Below the pieces are notes generated by a model that worked only from the letters and a program-made list of their open reading frames with translations, had not been told where the DNA came from and searched no databases. Made by a program: the position numbers and the translations under genes. Shown one piece after another: positions 10,058 through 19,150 of a stretch of DNA of 53,285 nt. Within the stretch, counting starts at the first letter, position 1, and every line of letters starts with the position of its first letter. This DNA comes from an uncultured Chloroflexia bacterium (GTDB lineage Bacteria; Chloroflexota; Limnocylindria; Limnocylindrales; CSP1-4): contig CAVQJC010000018.1 in the NCBI GenBank assembly GCA_963712745.1, forward strand, positions 1-53,285, in the 5' to 3' direction.

Positions 10058-11098
10058 CTAGGCGTTGGGCCGCAGGATGGTCTTGAGCGTCATCAGAGCC
10101 TCGTCGCGAGACTCCTCGAGAGCCGAGCCCACCTCGGCCAGGGGGTAGCTGGCGGTGACCAGGCGGCGGCCGTCGACCGCACGCGCGGCCAGCAGCTCGA
10201 GCGCCAGCCCGAACTCGGTGGGCGCCAGATGTCCACCGCGGATGTCGAGTTCCTTGAACTCGGCCACGGTGTTCCAGTCGACCGTCGCGCGCTCGCGGTA
10301 GACGCCGTAGAGCGTGATACGGCCGCCGGGGGCGACAGCATCGAGGGCCAGGTCGACCGAGGCCGTGACGCCGGTGAAGTCGACGTAGTGGTCGGGCCCG
10401 ATGCCCTCGGTCCGCTCACGCAGCTCGTCCGCAGCGTCGCTGGTCGTGACGTCGATGGCCTCGGTGGCTCCCAGCCGGCAGGCGATCTCGGCGCGCTCAG
10501 GCGTGGTCACGAGGGCCACGATCTGGCGCACGGGCTTGACCGCGGCGACGTACGCGAGCGCGCCCGCGCCGATGGCACCGATACCACTGATGACGATGGT
10601 CTCGCCCTCGGCCGGGTCGGCCCGCTCGATGGCGTGGATGCCGCAGGCCAGCGGCTCGGCCACGACGGCCTCCTCGGGAGCCAGGCCATCAGGGACGCGC
10701 CACACGCGGGCCTCGGGCGGGATGGCCATGCGCTCGGCCCAGCCACCGGGCAAGCTGCTGCCGATGTGCCGGCCATTCCGACAGAGGTGGAACCGTTCGC
10801 GCCGGCAGAGCGGGCAGACGCCGCAGGGCACCATGACCTCGTTGACGACCAGGTCGCCCTCGGCAACGCCCCAGCGTGCGCCGGCACCATCGTCGAGCTC
10901 GACGATGGTGCCCACGTTCTCGTGGCCTGGTATGAAGGGGAACGTCAGCTCCCATGGCGAGTCGCCCTTGTAGATCATGCGATCGGCGGCACATACGCCT
11001 GCGGCCTCCATGCGTACCACCGCGCCTCTGTCGAGGGTCGGGCCGGGCACATCTTCGACGCGGAAGTCGCCGGCGCCGTGCGCCACGACCGCTCTCAT
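10058..11098 (-). CDS. Zn-dependent (MDR) polyol dehydrogenase, erythritol/threitol dehydrogenase-like
   Basis: GVCAAD, PGHE, CGVCPLC...C structural Zn site, EPLAC, GIGAIG, TVDW...KELDIRGGHL. Confidence 0.85.
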   Translation of the reverse strand: MRAVVAHGAGDFRVEDVPGPTLDRGAVVRMEAAGVCAADRMIYKGDSPWELTFPFIPGHENVGTIVELDDGAGARWGVAEGDLVVNEVMVPCGVCPLCRRERFHLCRNGRHIGSSLPGGWAERMAIPPEARVWRVPDGLAPEEAVVAEPLACGIHAIERADPAEGETIVISGIGAIGAGALAYVAAVKPVRQIVALVTTPERAEIACRLGATEAIDVTTSDAADELRERTEGIGPDHYVDFTGVTASVDLALDAVAPGGRITLYGVYRERATVDWNTVAEFKELDIRGGHLAPTEFGLALELLAARAVDGRRLVTASYPLAEVGSALEESRDEALMTLKTILRPNA

Positions 11099-11943
11099 CG
11101 GTGGCCTCGTGCCCGGGCGGCCGCCTCGGTCATGGTGGTGTAGCCGTAGGCGCTCGCAGCCTCGCTGCCGATGACGCCCTCGTCCACCGCACCGTACATG
11201 TCCAGGGACATCGCACCCCCGTAGCCGATCTCGTCGATAGCGGCCATGAAGGCGGTGAAGTCGTGGTGCCAGCCTGGCGGCAGGTCAGCCTCGACCGGTC
11301 CCGGCGTGTCGCCCAGGTGCACGTGCTTGAGCCGGTCGCCGATGAGATGCAGCGCCACCGGCAGGTCCTCGCCCACCCACAGCGCGTGGCCCGTGTCGAG
11401 CAGGACGCCCAGGGCCGGATGGTCGACCGCATCGCACAGCCGCAGGGCCGCGTCGGCGTTGGCCAGCATCTCCTGGGGCTTGTACTCGACGGCGATGTCC
11501 ATGCCCAGCTCGGCCACGCCTTCGGCGATGGCCCGGAAGGACTCCACCATGACCGGCCAGACCTCGGCCGGGCGCGTGCTGCGGTCGAGCGTGTCCGCAC
11601 CCGGCCACAGCCCCAGCACGGCACAGCCGAAGGCGTCACGGCCGACCCTCGCGGTATCGAGGGCGCCCCTGATGGCGGTTGGCGCATGGTCGGGGTGGCC
11701 CAGGCCGCCGTCCGGCCACTTCCAGGGCGGCATCGAGTAGAGCACGGTGCCCACGGCCAGTCCATGCTCGTCGGTGAGCGCGACGTACTCGGCGACCCTG
11801 GCTTCGGAGAGCTGGTCCGCGACGTCGTAGACACCGAGCTCGATACCGTCGAAGCCCAGCTTCGCGCTCGACGTCCAGATCGACTCGGCCGAGTGCTTCT
11901 CGGGCCAGTAGTTCCAGTCGGCGTTGAGCAGCTTGGGGATCAC
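11095..11943 (-). CDS. Sugar phosphate isomerase/epimerase (xylose-isomerase-like TIM barrel)
   Basis: GFDGIEL, LWPGAD, EYKPQE, LDTGH, HVHLGD. Confidence 0.85.
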   Translation of the reverse strand: MIPKLLNADWNYWPEKHSAESIWTSSAKLGFDGIELGVYDVADQLSEARVAEYVALTDEHGLAVGTVLYSMPPWKWPDGGLGHPDHAPTAIRGALDTARVGRDAFGCAVLGLWPGADTLDRSTRPAEVWPVMVESFRAIAEGVAELGMDIAVEYKPQEMLANADAALRLCDAVDHPALGVLLDTGHALWVGEDLPVALHLIGDRLKHVHLGDTPGPVEADLPPGWHHDFTAFMAAIDEIGYGGAMSLDMYGAVDEGVIGSEAASAYGYTTMTEAAARARGHR

Positions 11944-12986
11944 AGGATACGGTCCTCCTTGGGGACCACCCAGGCCTGCTCCTTGGGCAGTCGCAGCGTG
12001 ATGGACTGATGCGCCTCGTGGCGCACGCCGGGTGGCGCGGTGAACTGCAGCGGCACGTCACCGGCGTGAGCCCAGACGCGCACGTGCGTGCCCAGGTACA
12101 TGGTGCGATCGACGGTGGCCTCGAAGCTGTTCTCGCCGGGGCCGACCTCGATGGCCTCCTGGCGGATGACGAGCAGGCCCTCGCCGTCGGCATGCGTGTG
12201 GCCCAGCTCCAGCGCGCCCAGCACCGACTTGAACTGACGGCCGCTGACGGTGCCGGGCACGAAGTTCTTGGTGCCGAAGAAGCGCGCTACGGCCTGGGTC
12301 GCGGGTCGCTCGTAGAAGTCCTCTGGCAGCCCGTCCTGCTGGATCCGACCCTGCAGCATCAGCGCGATGCGGTCGGCCAGCATGACGGCCTCCTCCTGGT
12401 CGTGGGTAACGAAGATGCTGGTGATGCCCAGCTCCGCCTGGATCTGGCGGATGAGGTCACGCATCTCGATGCGCAGGTTGGCATCGAGCTGGCTGAGCGG
12501 CTCGTCGAGCAGCAGGATGTCCGGCTCGGTGATGAGGCCACGAGCGAGCGAGATGCGCTGCTCCTGTCCACCGGAGAGCTGACCCGGTCGGCGGTCCTCC
12601 ATGCCCGGCAGGCGCACCAGCTCCATCATCTCGGTCACCCGCTTCTTGCGGGTCTTCTTGTCCACACCGCGCATGCGCAGTCCGAAGGCCACGTTGTCGC
12701 CGATGGACATGTGCGGGAAGAGCAGCGGCTTCTGGAAGACCATGGCCACCCGGCGCTTCTCGGCCGGGATATCGATGACCGAATCGCCGTCGAAGCGGAC
12801 ATCGCCCGAGGTCGGGTCGAGCAGGCCCGCGACCATCTTCATGGTCGTCGTCTTGCCACACCCCGAAGGGCCGAGCATGGCCACGAGCTGGCCCTTCTCG
12901 ATGCTCATGTCGATGCCGTCGACGCTGGGCTCGGTGGCGTTCTTGTAGGTCTTGGTCAGCTGGACCAGATCGACCGTGACGGTCAT
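11940..12986 (-). CDS. ABC transporter ATP-binding protein (PotA-like)
   Basis: GPSGCGKT, LSGGQ, LLLDEP, VTHDQEEA; TOBE-like tail. Confidence 0.95.
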   Translation of the reverse strand: MTVTVDLVQLTKTYKNATEPSVDGIDMSIEKGQLVAMLGPSGCGKTTTMKMVAGLLDPTSGDVRFDGDSVIDIPAEKRRVAMVFQKPLLFPHMSIGDNVAFGLRMRGVDKKTRKKRVTEMMELVRLPGMEDRRPGQLSGGQEQRISLARGLITEPDILLLDEPLSQLDANLRIEMRDLIRQIQAELGITSIFVTHDQEEAVMLADRIALMLQGRIQQDGLPEDFYERPATQAVARFFGTKNFVPGTVSGRQFKSVLGALELGHTHADGEGLLVIRQEAIEVGPGENSFEATVDRTMYLGTHVRVWAHAGDVPLQFTAPPGVRHEAHQSITLRLPKEQAWVVPKEDRIL

Positions 12987-13942
12987 GCGCGTCCGATACC
13001 CCCGACTGCTGCCTGGTCGCCACTCAGATACCGCGAGGTCAGGACCATGAGCACGATGGCAGGCGCGATGAAGAAGAGGCTCAGGGCTGCCGCGATGGCC
13101 GGATCCGAGCCCACGAACTGGAACAGCAGGAGCGGCAGCGTGACCACGATCCCACCCCCGATGAGCACGGTCATGATGTACTCGCTCCAGCTGATAAGGA
13201 AGGCGAAGAAGGCGGCTACCATGAGTCCAGGCAGCACGGCGGGGAAGGTGACGTGCAGGAAGACGCGCAGCGGATTCGCGCCCAGTACCCTGGCCTGCTC
13301 CTCGTAGCTCGTGTCGTAGTTGGCGAAGACGGCGCCCATCACCAGCACCACGTAGGGGATGGTGGGGATGAGGTGCACGAGGACCACTCCGGGGATCGTG
13401 TCAGCCAGCGAATAGCGGATGAACATCACCTGGATGCCCATGGCGACGGCGATGGCCGGCACGATGACCGGTGCCAGCAGGACGAGCTCCACGATGCGCT
13501 TTCCGCGGAAGCGGTAGAGGCCCAGCGCTCGGCCGCCGGCCAGGCCGATGGCCGCGGCGAGCACGGCCACCGCGACGGCGATGATGAGGGAGTTGACGAG
13601 GCCCTCCATGACGCCCGAGCGCTCGGAGAGGATGTAGGACCAGGCGCGGTCAGAGAGCTCGTCCGGCAGGATGGTCGGGAAGAACCAGCGATGACTGATG
13701 GACCAGAAGATGAGCGGCACGAACGGCAGCAGCAGCAGGAAGCACATCACGGCCACGAGCACGTAGCGGCCGAGGTGACGCTTGGGCTTGGGTCCGGGCA
13801 TGGTCTCCGCTGGATCCTCGCGGTCGAGCCGGGTGTCGGGTGGCATCAGGCCGGTCTCGCCGGTGATGTTGCGCTGCCCCCTGGTGATGCTCCGCTCGTC
13901 ACCGGGGTCGGGGCGGCCGGTGGTGTCACGCTCGATGTTCAC
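12983..13942 (-). CDS. ABC transporter permease
   Basis: TM helices and EAA-like loop EEQARVLGAN. Confidence 0.92.
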   Translation of the reverse strand: MNIERDTTGRPDPGDERSITRGQRNITGETGLMPPDTRLDREDPAETMPGPKPKRHLGRYVLVAVMCFLLLLPFVPLIFWSISHRWFFPTILPDELSDRAWSYILSERSGVMEGLVNSLIIAVAVAVLAAAIGLAGGRALGLYRFRGKRIVELVLLAPVIVPAIAVAMGIQVMFIRYSLADTIPGVVLVHLIPTIPYVVLVMGAVFANYDTSYEEQARVLGANPLRVFLHVTFPAVLPGLMVAAFFAFLISWSEYIMTVLIGGGIVVTLPLLLFQFVGSDPAIAAALSLFFIAPAIVLMVLTSRYLSGDQAAVGGIGRA

Positions 13943-14841
13943 GACTCACTCCGGACGTAGCGGCGAGAGAGCCAGGTGTAGGCGAACACGGCCACGGCGG
14001 TGATGACGGCGATGACCATGCTGATGGCCATGGCCTCCGACCGCGCGTTGAGGTCGACGTCGGTAAAGGCGCGATACGCGAGCACGGGCAGCGCCGCGGG
14101 ATAGGGCTGTCCCAGCAGGAAGGGCACCTCGAAGGCGCCGAAGCCGAAGGCGAAGACGATGACCGAGGTCGACACGATGGCCGGCGTGATGAGCGGCAGG
14201 ATGACGTGCCAGAAGCGCTTCCAGCGACCGGCGCCCAGCGTGCGCGCGAGGTCCTCGTAGTCGCCCACCCCGCGGGCCAGCGCGGCGAGGACGACGACCC
14301 CGATGAAGACCGTCTCCTTCCAGACGTACTCGGCGATGATGCCGACGGCGCCGCGGTCGTTGGTCAGCGCCGGGAAGTCCCCCGGGGAGTCGGTCAAGCC
14401 CAGCGCGAACCCGATGCGCGACAAGAGCCCGCCCTGGGCCAGCAGGAAGAGCATGGCCACCGCGCCGACGATATGCGGGATGGGCAGGTTGAACTGGTAG
14501 ATGAAGGTGGTGACCCGTCGACCGCGGTCGGTGTGGTAGATGAGCAGTGCGGTGCCCACGGCCAGCACGATGGAGATGATGGTCGAGACGAAGGCGATGT
14601 AGAGCGACAGTCGCAGGGACTCCCAGAAGACCCGGTCATTGAAGATCTCGACATAGGCATCGAGATTGGCGTCGGTCCGGCCGATGAGCGGCATGTAGTT
14701 GAGGCTCTGGAGGAATCCCAGGACCAGACCACCCATGAACAGGACGATGACCACGGAAAGGGCAGGCGCCAGCAGCAACCAGGGCCGGGTCCAGTCGGGG
14801 AGACGCCGACGTCGACGCCTCCCCGTGGTGGTCGCAGTCAC
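13939..14841 (-). CDS. ABC transporter permease
   Basis: TM helices, EDLARTLGA and FGAFEVPFLLG. Confidence 0.92.
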   Translation of the reverse strand: MTATTTGRRRRRRLPDWTRPWLLLAPALSVVIVLFMGGLVLGFLQSLNYMPLIGRTDANLDAYVEIFNDRVFWESLRLSLYIAFVSTIISIVLAVGTALLIYHTDRGRRVTTFIYQFNLPIPHIVGAVAMLFLLAQGGLLSRIGFALGLTDSPGDFPALTNDRGAVGIIAEYVWKETVFIGVVVLAALARGVGDYEDLARTLGAGRWKRFWHVILPLITPAIVSTSVIVFAFGFGAFEVPFLLGQPYPAALPVLAYRAFTDVDLNARSEAMAISMVIAVITAVAVFAYTWLSRRYVRSES

Positions 14842-14885
14842 GTGTCGCTAGCGGCGAAACGGACAGCTATGGCTCGCTCGCGAGG

Positions 14886-16106
14886 CTACTGCTGCAGCAC
14901 GTTCTCGGTCCAGCCGGCCTCGGTAGCCAGCAGCCAGTCTGCCTGCAGCTCCGGGTTGGCGTTCTTCACCAGCTCGGCGTTCGGGAGCACGCTGTCCGGC
15001 ACCGGGATGGCAGCGTACGCGTCAGCCAGGTCGGTACGGCCGAAATCGATGACCGGATCGGCGCCCCAGACGAGGGGGTCCGCCTTCTCCAGCTGCGCCT
15101 CCGGCGACAGCAGGATGTCCGCCACCACCTGCGCACCTGCCTGGTTGGCGGCGTTGTAGGGGATGGCCACGAAGTTGTTGTTACCGATGGTGCCGTGGTC
15201 AAAGACGAACTCGCGAGTCGTCTCGGGGAAGATGCCACGCTCCACCTGGCCGCCGACCTCGCCGGGACCGTAGGTCATGGTCATGGCGATCTCGCCGTTG
15301 GAGAACAGGTTGTCCAGCTCTTCCTTGGTCTGCGGATAGGTCTCGCCACCGCGCCAGAGGGAAGGCTCGATGCCGTTGAGGATCTCCCAGGTCTTGGCCG
15401 AAGCCTCGTCGAACTTGGCCTGGTCGAACTCGCCGAGCAGGTCCGCATAGCCACCGTTGGCGTGGTAGAGCACGTGGCGGACGAAGACGGAGCCGGTGAA
15501 GTCCGGGGGCGCCGGGTAGGTGAACATGCCCGGGTTGGCCTCGATCCACTCAAGCAGCTCGCCCATCGAGGCGGGTGGCTCTTCGACCTTGGCGGAGTCG
15601 TAGACGAACGCGAACTGCGCGTGGCTCCACGGCGATTCGCAGTCGTCGACCGGCGTGCCGAAGTCGGTGTTGATGGCGTCGGTCTCCTCCACGTACTGGC
15701 GGTTCGGCAGGCCCGATGCCCATCCGCACAGCAGCAGGTCGGCCTGCTTCGCGGTCTTGAAGTTCTCGCCGTTGATCCAGACCATGTCGACCGAGCCGTC
15801 CGCGTCGCGGCCGGCTTCCTTCTCGCCGAGGACCTTCTGGACGATCTCGGCCGCGTCACCAGGGACGCGGTTGAGGGTGATCCCAAGCTCGGCCGCCTTG
15901 TCACCGACGTAGTCGTCGACGTAGGCGTTGATGGCGTCGCTGCCGCTCCACATGTGGAAGTTGACGGTCTGACCCTCAGCCTCGGCAAGGATCGCATCCC
16001 AATCGGCCATATCGTCCTGTGCCACGACGGGCGCAGCGACAGCTGCCAGGCTGAGGCTCAACAGGCCAGCCATCCCGAGCCAGAGTGTTCGGTTCCCTGT
16101 TCGCAC
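14886..16106 (-). CDS. ABC transporter substrate-binding protein (YnjB-like)
   Basis: GTG 16106 after GAGGAGG; signal peptide; GQTVNFHMWSG, DMVWINGENF, FTYPAPPDFTG, GTIGNNNFVAIP. Confidence 0.88.
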   Translation of the reverse strand: MRTGNRTLWLGMAGLLSLSLAAVAAPVVAQDDMADWDAILAEAEGQTVNFHMWSGSDAINAYVDDYVGDKAAELGITLNRVPGDAAEIVQKVLGEKEAGRDADGSVDMVWINGENFKTAKQADLLLCGWASGLPNRQYVEETDAINTDFGTPVDDCESPWSHAQFAFVYDSAKVEEPPASMGELLEWIEANPGMFTYPAPPDFTGSVFVRHVLYHANGGYADLLGEFDQAKFDEASAKTWEILNGIEPSLWRGGETYPQTKEELDNLFSNGEIAMTMTYGPGEVGGQVERGIFPETTREFVFDHGTIGNNNFVAIPYNAANQAGAQVVADILLSPEAQLEKADPLVWGADPVIDFGRTDLADAYAAIPVPDSVLPNAELVKNANPELQADWLLATEAGWTENVLQQ

Positions 16107-16152
16107 GTTAGACACCTCCTCTGCCCGCGGCCGTCCTTGTCGGCCGGTGGCA

Positions 16153-16926
16153 CTACTGTCCGTTCGGTGCCACGGCGGCCATGGAACGCCGCCAGATGAC
16201 ATCCGAGTGTTGCGGGACCCCCCAGGTCGCTTCCTCGTAGATGATCGGACTGCCGTCTCGGTCACGTAGCACACACGTCTTGCGGATGACCGGACTGTTG
16301 TCGGGCAGCTCGAAGATCCCTTGGACCTCCTCGTCGGCGATTACGGCGGTCGCCACCTCCTCTCCGTCCTGGAGTGGCACCGGATGATGCCGTTCGATGA
16401 GTCGGTACAGACTCTGGTCGAGGCCGCTGCGGGCCAGATCGTCTGGTGCGATATCCGGCAAGACAAGTGCCGGGATGTAGGCATCCGACAGGTACACCGG
16501 CTCGTCATCCACCGTGCGCACACGCTTGATGTGCACCAGCCGGGCGTCGTCCGCGAGGCCCAGCTGGCGGGCGGCGCCGGCCGGGCCACGCGCGGTGTCG
16601 AAGGCGATGAGCTGGGCGCCTGGCGTGTGGCCGCGGCGCAGCACATCGCTGGTGAACGAGAGCAGGCACTGGGCGTTCGCGCGCGACGGATCGGCCACGA
16701 ACGTGCCCACACCCTGGTGGGTGGTGACGAGGCCTTCGCGCTGCAGCTCGGCGATGGCTCGGCGCACGGTGATGCGGCTGAGGGCGTGTTCATCGATGAG
16801 CTCGGATTCGGAGGGGAAGAGGTCCCCGGGATGGAGCTCGCCGCGCTCGATGCGGTCGCGCAGGACCGTCCGGAGTCGCTCGTACAGGGGCACGCGACCC
16901 GCCATGCCGGCGGTCTCCTCCTTCAT
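16153..16926 (-). CDS. GntR family regulator (HutC/UTRA type)
   Basis: PSESEL, SRITVRRA, GVGTFV, SFT and a UTRA-like C-terminus. Confidence 0.92.
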   Translation of the reverse strand: MKEETAGMAGRVPLYERLRTVLRDRIERGELHPGDLFPSESELIDEHALSRITVRRAIAELQREGLVTTHQGVGTFVADPSRANAQCLLSFTSDVLRRGHTPGAQLIAFDTARGPAGAARQLGLADDARLVHIKRVRTVDDEPVYLSDAYIPALVLPDIAPDDLARSGLDQSLYRLIERHHPVPLQDGEEVATAVIADEEVQGIFELPDNSPVIRKTCVLRDRDGSPIIYEEATWGVPQHSDVIWRRSMAAVAPNGQ

Positions 16927-16933
16927 GTCGATA

Positions 16934-16965
16934 CGTTATAACGAGTGACAAGCACCTTGTCGGAC
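16934..16965 (-). promoter_or_regulatory. Promoter (CCGACA-N17-TATAAC) overlapped by palindrome CGTTATAACG, candidate GntR operator
   Basis: Perfect 10-bp palindrome at 16934-16943 fits the GntR GT(N)xAC pattern; the -10 hexamer lies 8 nt from the ATG. Confidence 0.55.
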
Positions 16966-16973
16966 GATTCCGC

Positions 16974-18068
16974 TCAGGGTGCCTTCTGCAGCTTGCGGTA
17001 GAAGTCGCGGAAGACCTCGTCGCGGTCGATGCCCACCGCTTCGCGGATGAGGTGGCGGCCGTCGGGGTGCCGCCACAACAGGTCGTCGTCGAGCACCGGT
17101 GAGGGCGTGAGCCGCGAGGGCACCCACTGGGGCTGCATCAGCCAGGCGAAGCAGATGAGGTCCCAGATGACCCAGGTGCGGTCGGCCGGGTCGGTGATAC
17201 CGCGCTGGGCGCGGATAGGGTTGTGCACGTAGAGGTGGTAGAGGTAGTCGCCGATGCGACCGCGGCCCTTGACCCAGCGTTCCATGTCCGGCAGCGAGAT
17301 GGTCAGCTGGGCACCGATGTAGAACCCCGGCAGATAGACCAACGGCACGCCGCAGTCGAAGAGCAATCGGGAGGCCGGCACGTCCTGGACGAGGTTCAGC
17401 GAGGGTCGACTCGAAAGCGGGCTCCACGACGGGTAGCTGGAGGTCCAGACGACCACGATGCGCTCGATGATGCGCGGCTCGATGAGGATGGCCGAGGCGA
17501 TGTTGGTGACGGCCCCGATGGCGGCCACGTAGAGCGGCCGGTCGTCCTGGGACATGGCGCGCTCGATGAGGTGCTCGGCCGCCTCCGTCCGGACCGGCTC
17601 GTTCGGACCGGGCAGATAGCCGGGCGTGCCCCGGAAGACCTGGCCCGCGGGATCCTCTCCCAGCAGCTCGTAGACCTTGATGGCCTCCTGATAGCCGAGC
17701 TCCATGCCCTCGGCGGGCCCGACGAAGGACACGTCGTACGGGTCGGTGCCGGCGGCGATGAGGTTGCGGGCCCAGGCGTGATAGCTGCCTACGATCGCGA
17801 CCTCGGGACCCTCGCTGCGCTCGTGGCGCCGGATCTCCTCGTACGCCTTGAGGAGCGGTTCGCGATGATGGGCGAACGAGAAGGGCTCGATGAGCGTGCC
17901 CTCGATCTCGAAGACGTCCCCGGAGAGCAGGGCCCAGGCGATGGCGAACTGATCGTCGATCTCATTAGCCGTGTCGCTGTCGATGATCAGGCGGACCGGG
18001 CCCGTCGGCGGCTCCAGCATCCGCTCCAGGCGATCGGGCGACAGCACCGGGAAGACAGGTCCGTTCAT
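16974..18068 (-). CDS. Nucleoside hydrolase (inosine-uridine-preferring family)
   Basis: DSDTANEIDDQFA, IGAVTNIASA, NLVQD, VIWD; RBS GGAGGAGG. Confidence 0.88.
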   Translation of the reverse strand: MNGPVFPVLSPDRLERMLEPPTGPVRLIIDSDTANEIDDQFAIAWALLSGDVFEIEGTLIEPFSFAHHREPLLKAYEEIRRHERSEGPEVAIVGSYHAWARNLIAAGTDPYDVSFVGPAEGMELGYQEAIKVYELLGEDPAGQVFRGTPGYLPGPNEPVRTEAAEHLIERAMSQDDRPLYVAAIGAVTNIASAILIEPRIIERIVVVWTSSYPSWSPLSSRPSLNLVQDVPASRLLFDCGVPLVYLPGFYIGAQLTISLPDMERWVKGRGRIGDYLYHLYVHNPIRAQRGITDPADRTWVIWDLICFAWLMQPQWVPSRLTPSPVLDDDLLWRHPDGRHLIREAVGIDRDEVFRDFYRKLQKAP

Positions 18069-18259
18069 CGTCCTCCTCCAAGACTCGGGCATCGCGGCCG
18101 CGGCACGGTCTGATGATGCCGCATCGGCCGGCTCTCGTCGTACTTGCCAGTGTCCGCAGCGCTGGCTTCACCCCATCGGTCGACCAAGGCAGTGTGGTCA
18201 AGGCGCCGTCGGTACCGCTACTCTCCGGGTCTACGTGTCAGCCGCCAACAGAGGAGGCC

Positions 18260-19150
18260 ATGGGCGAACGGATCGGGCTGATCGGCTTCGGGATCATGGG
18301 CGCGGCCATGGCGAGCCGCTTCCTCGACGCCGGCCATGAGGTCGTCGTAGTCGACACCGAGGTCTCGGCGCGCGACCGGGCCCGGGACCTTGGTTGCGAG
18401 GTCGCCGCTGCGCCGGCGGCCGTGGGCGAGGTCGCCGACATGATGGTGGTATCGCTGCCTCGAGCGGAGCACGTTGCCGGCGTCGTTCGGGGCACGGACG
18501 GGTTGCTCAGCACCGCCGCAGCCGGAAGCGTGATCGTGGATACCAGCACCATCGACCCCGAGACCACGCGGGCCAACGCGGCGGCGGCTGCCGTGAACGG
18601 CGTGGGCTACCTCGACGCGCCGGTGCTTGGGCGTCCTCGTGGTGTTGGCGCGTGGACCCTGCCGGTCGGCGGCGAGGAGGCCGATCTGCGTCGGGCCGAA
18701 CCGGTACTTCGGATCATCGCCACGCGGATCGTGCATGTGGGTCCGGCCGGCCGAGGCAACACCGTGAAACTGCTCAATAACCTCATGTTCGGCGCCATCA
18801 ACGCCGCGACATGCGAGATGTTCGTGCTCGCCGATCGGCTGGGGATGGACCGACGGCTGCTCTTCGACACGATCGTGGACAGCGGCGCAGCGACGGTGAG
18901 CAACCTCTTCCGCGAGCTCGGGCCCAAGATCATCGAGGGCGACTTCGACCCGCAGTTCAGCATCGACAACCTCGAGAAGGACATCAGCCTCGGATTGGCG
19001 ATGGCGCGTTCGGCAGGCCTGACGCTCGAGGTCGGCGAAGCCGGTCAGCGACTGAACCAGCGGGCGCAGGCTTCGGGACACGGGAGCGAGGACTCTGCCG
19101 CGGTGGTGGAGGCGGTCGGCGCGGCACCAGGGGGCGGCGACCACCGATGA
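18260..19150 (+). CDS. Beta-hydroxyacid dehydrogenase (3-hydroxyisobutyrate/tartronate semialdehyde reductase family)
   Basis: IGFGIMG, DTSTI, DAPVLG, KLLNN, KD motifs; RBS GAGGAGG. Confidence 0.9.
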   Translation: MGERIGLIGFGIMGAAMASRFLDAGHEVVVVDTEVSARDRARDLGCEVAAAPAAVGEVADMMVVSLPRAEHVAGVVRGTDGLLSTAAAGSVIVDTSTIDPETTRANAAAAAVNGVGYLDAPVLGRPRGVGAWTLPVGGEEADLRRAEPVLRIIATRIVHVGPAGRGNTVKLLNNLMFGAINAATCEMFVLADRLGMDRRLLFDTIVDSGAATVSNLFRELGPKIIEGDFDPQFSIDNLEKDISLGLAMARSAGLTLEVGEAGQRLNQRAQASGHGSEDSAAVVEAVGAAPGGGDHR

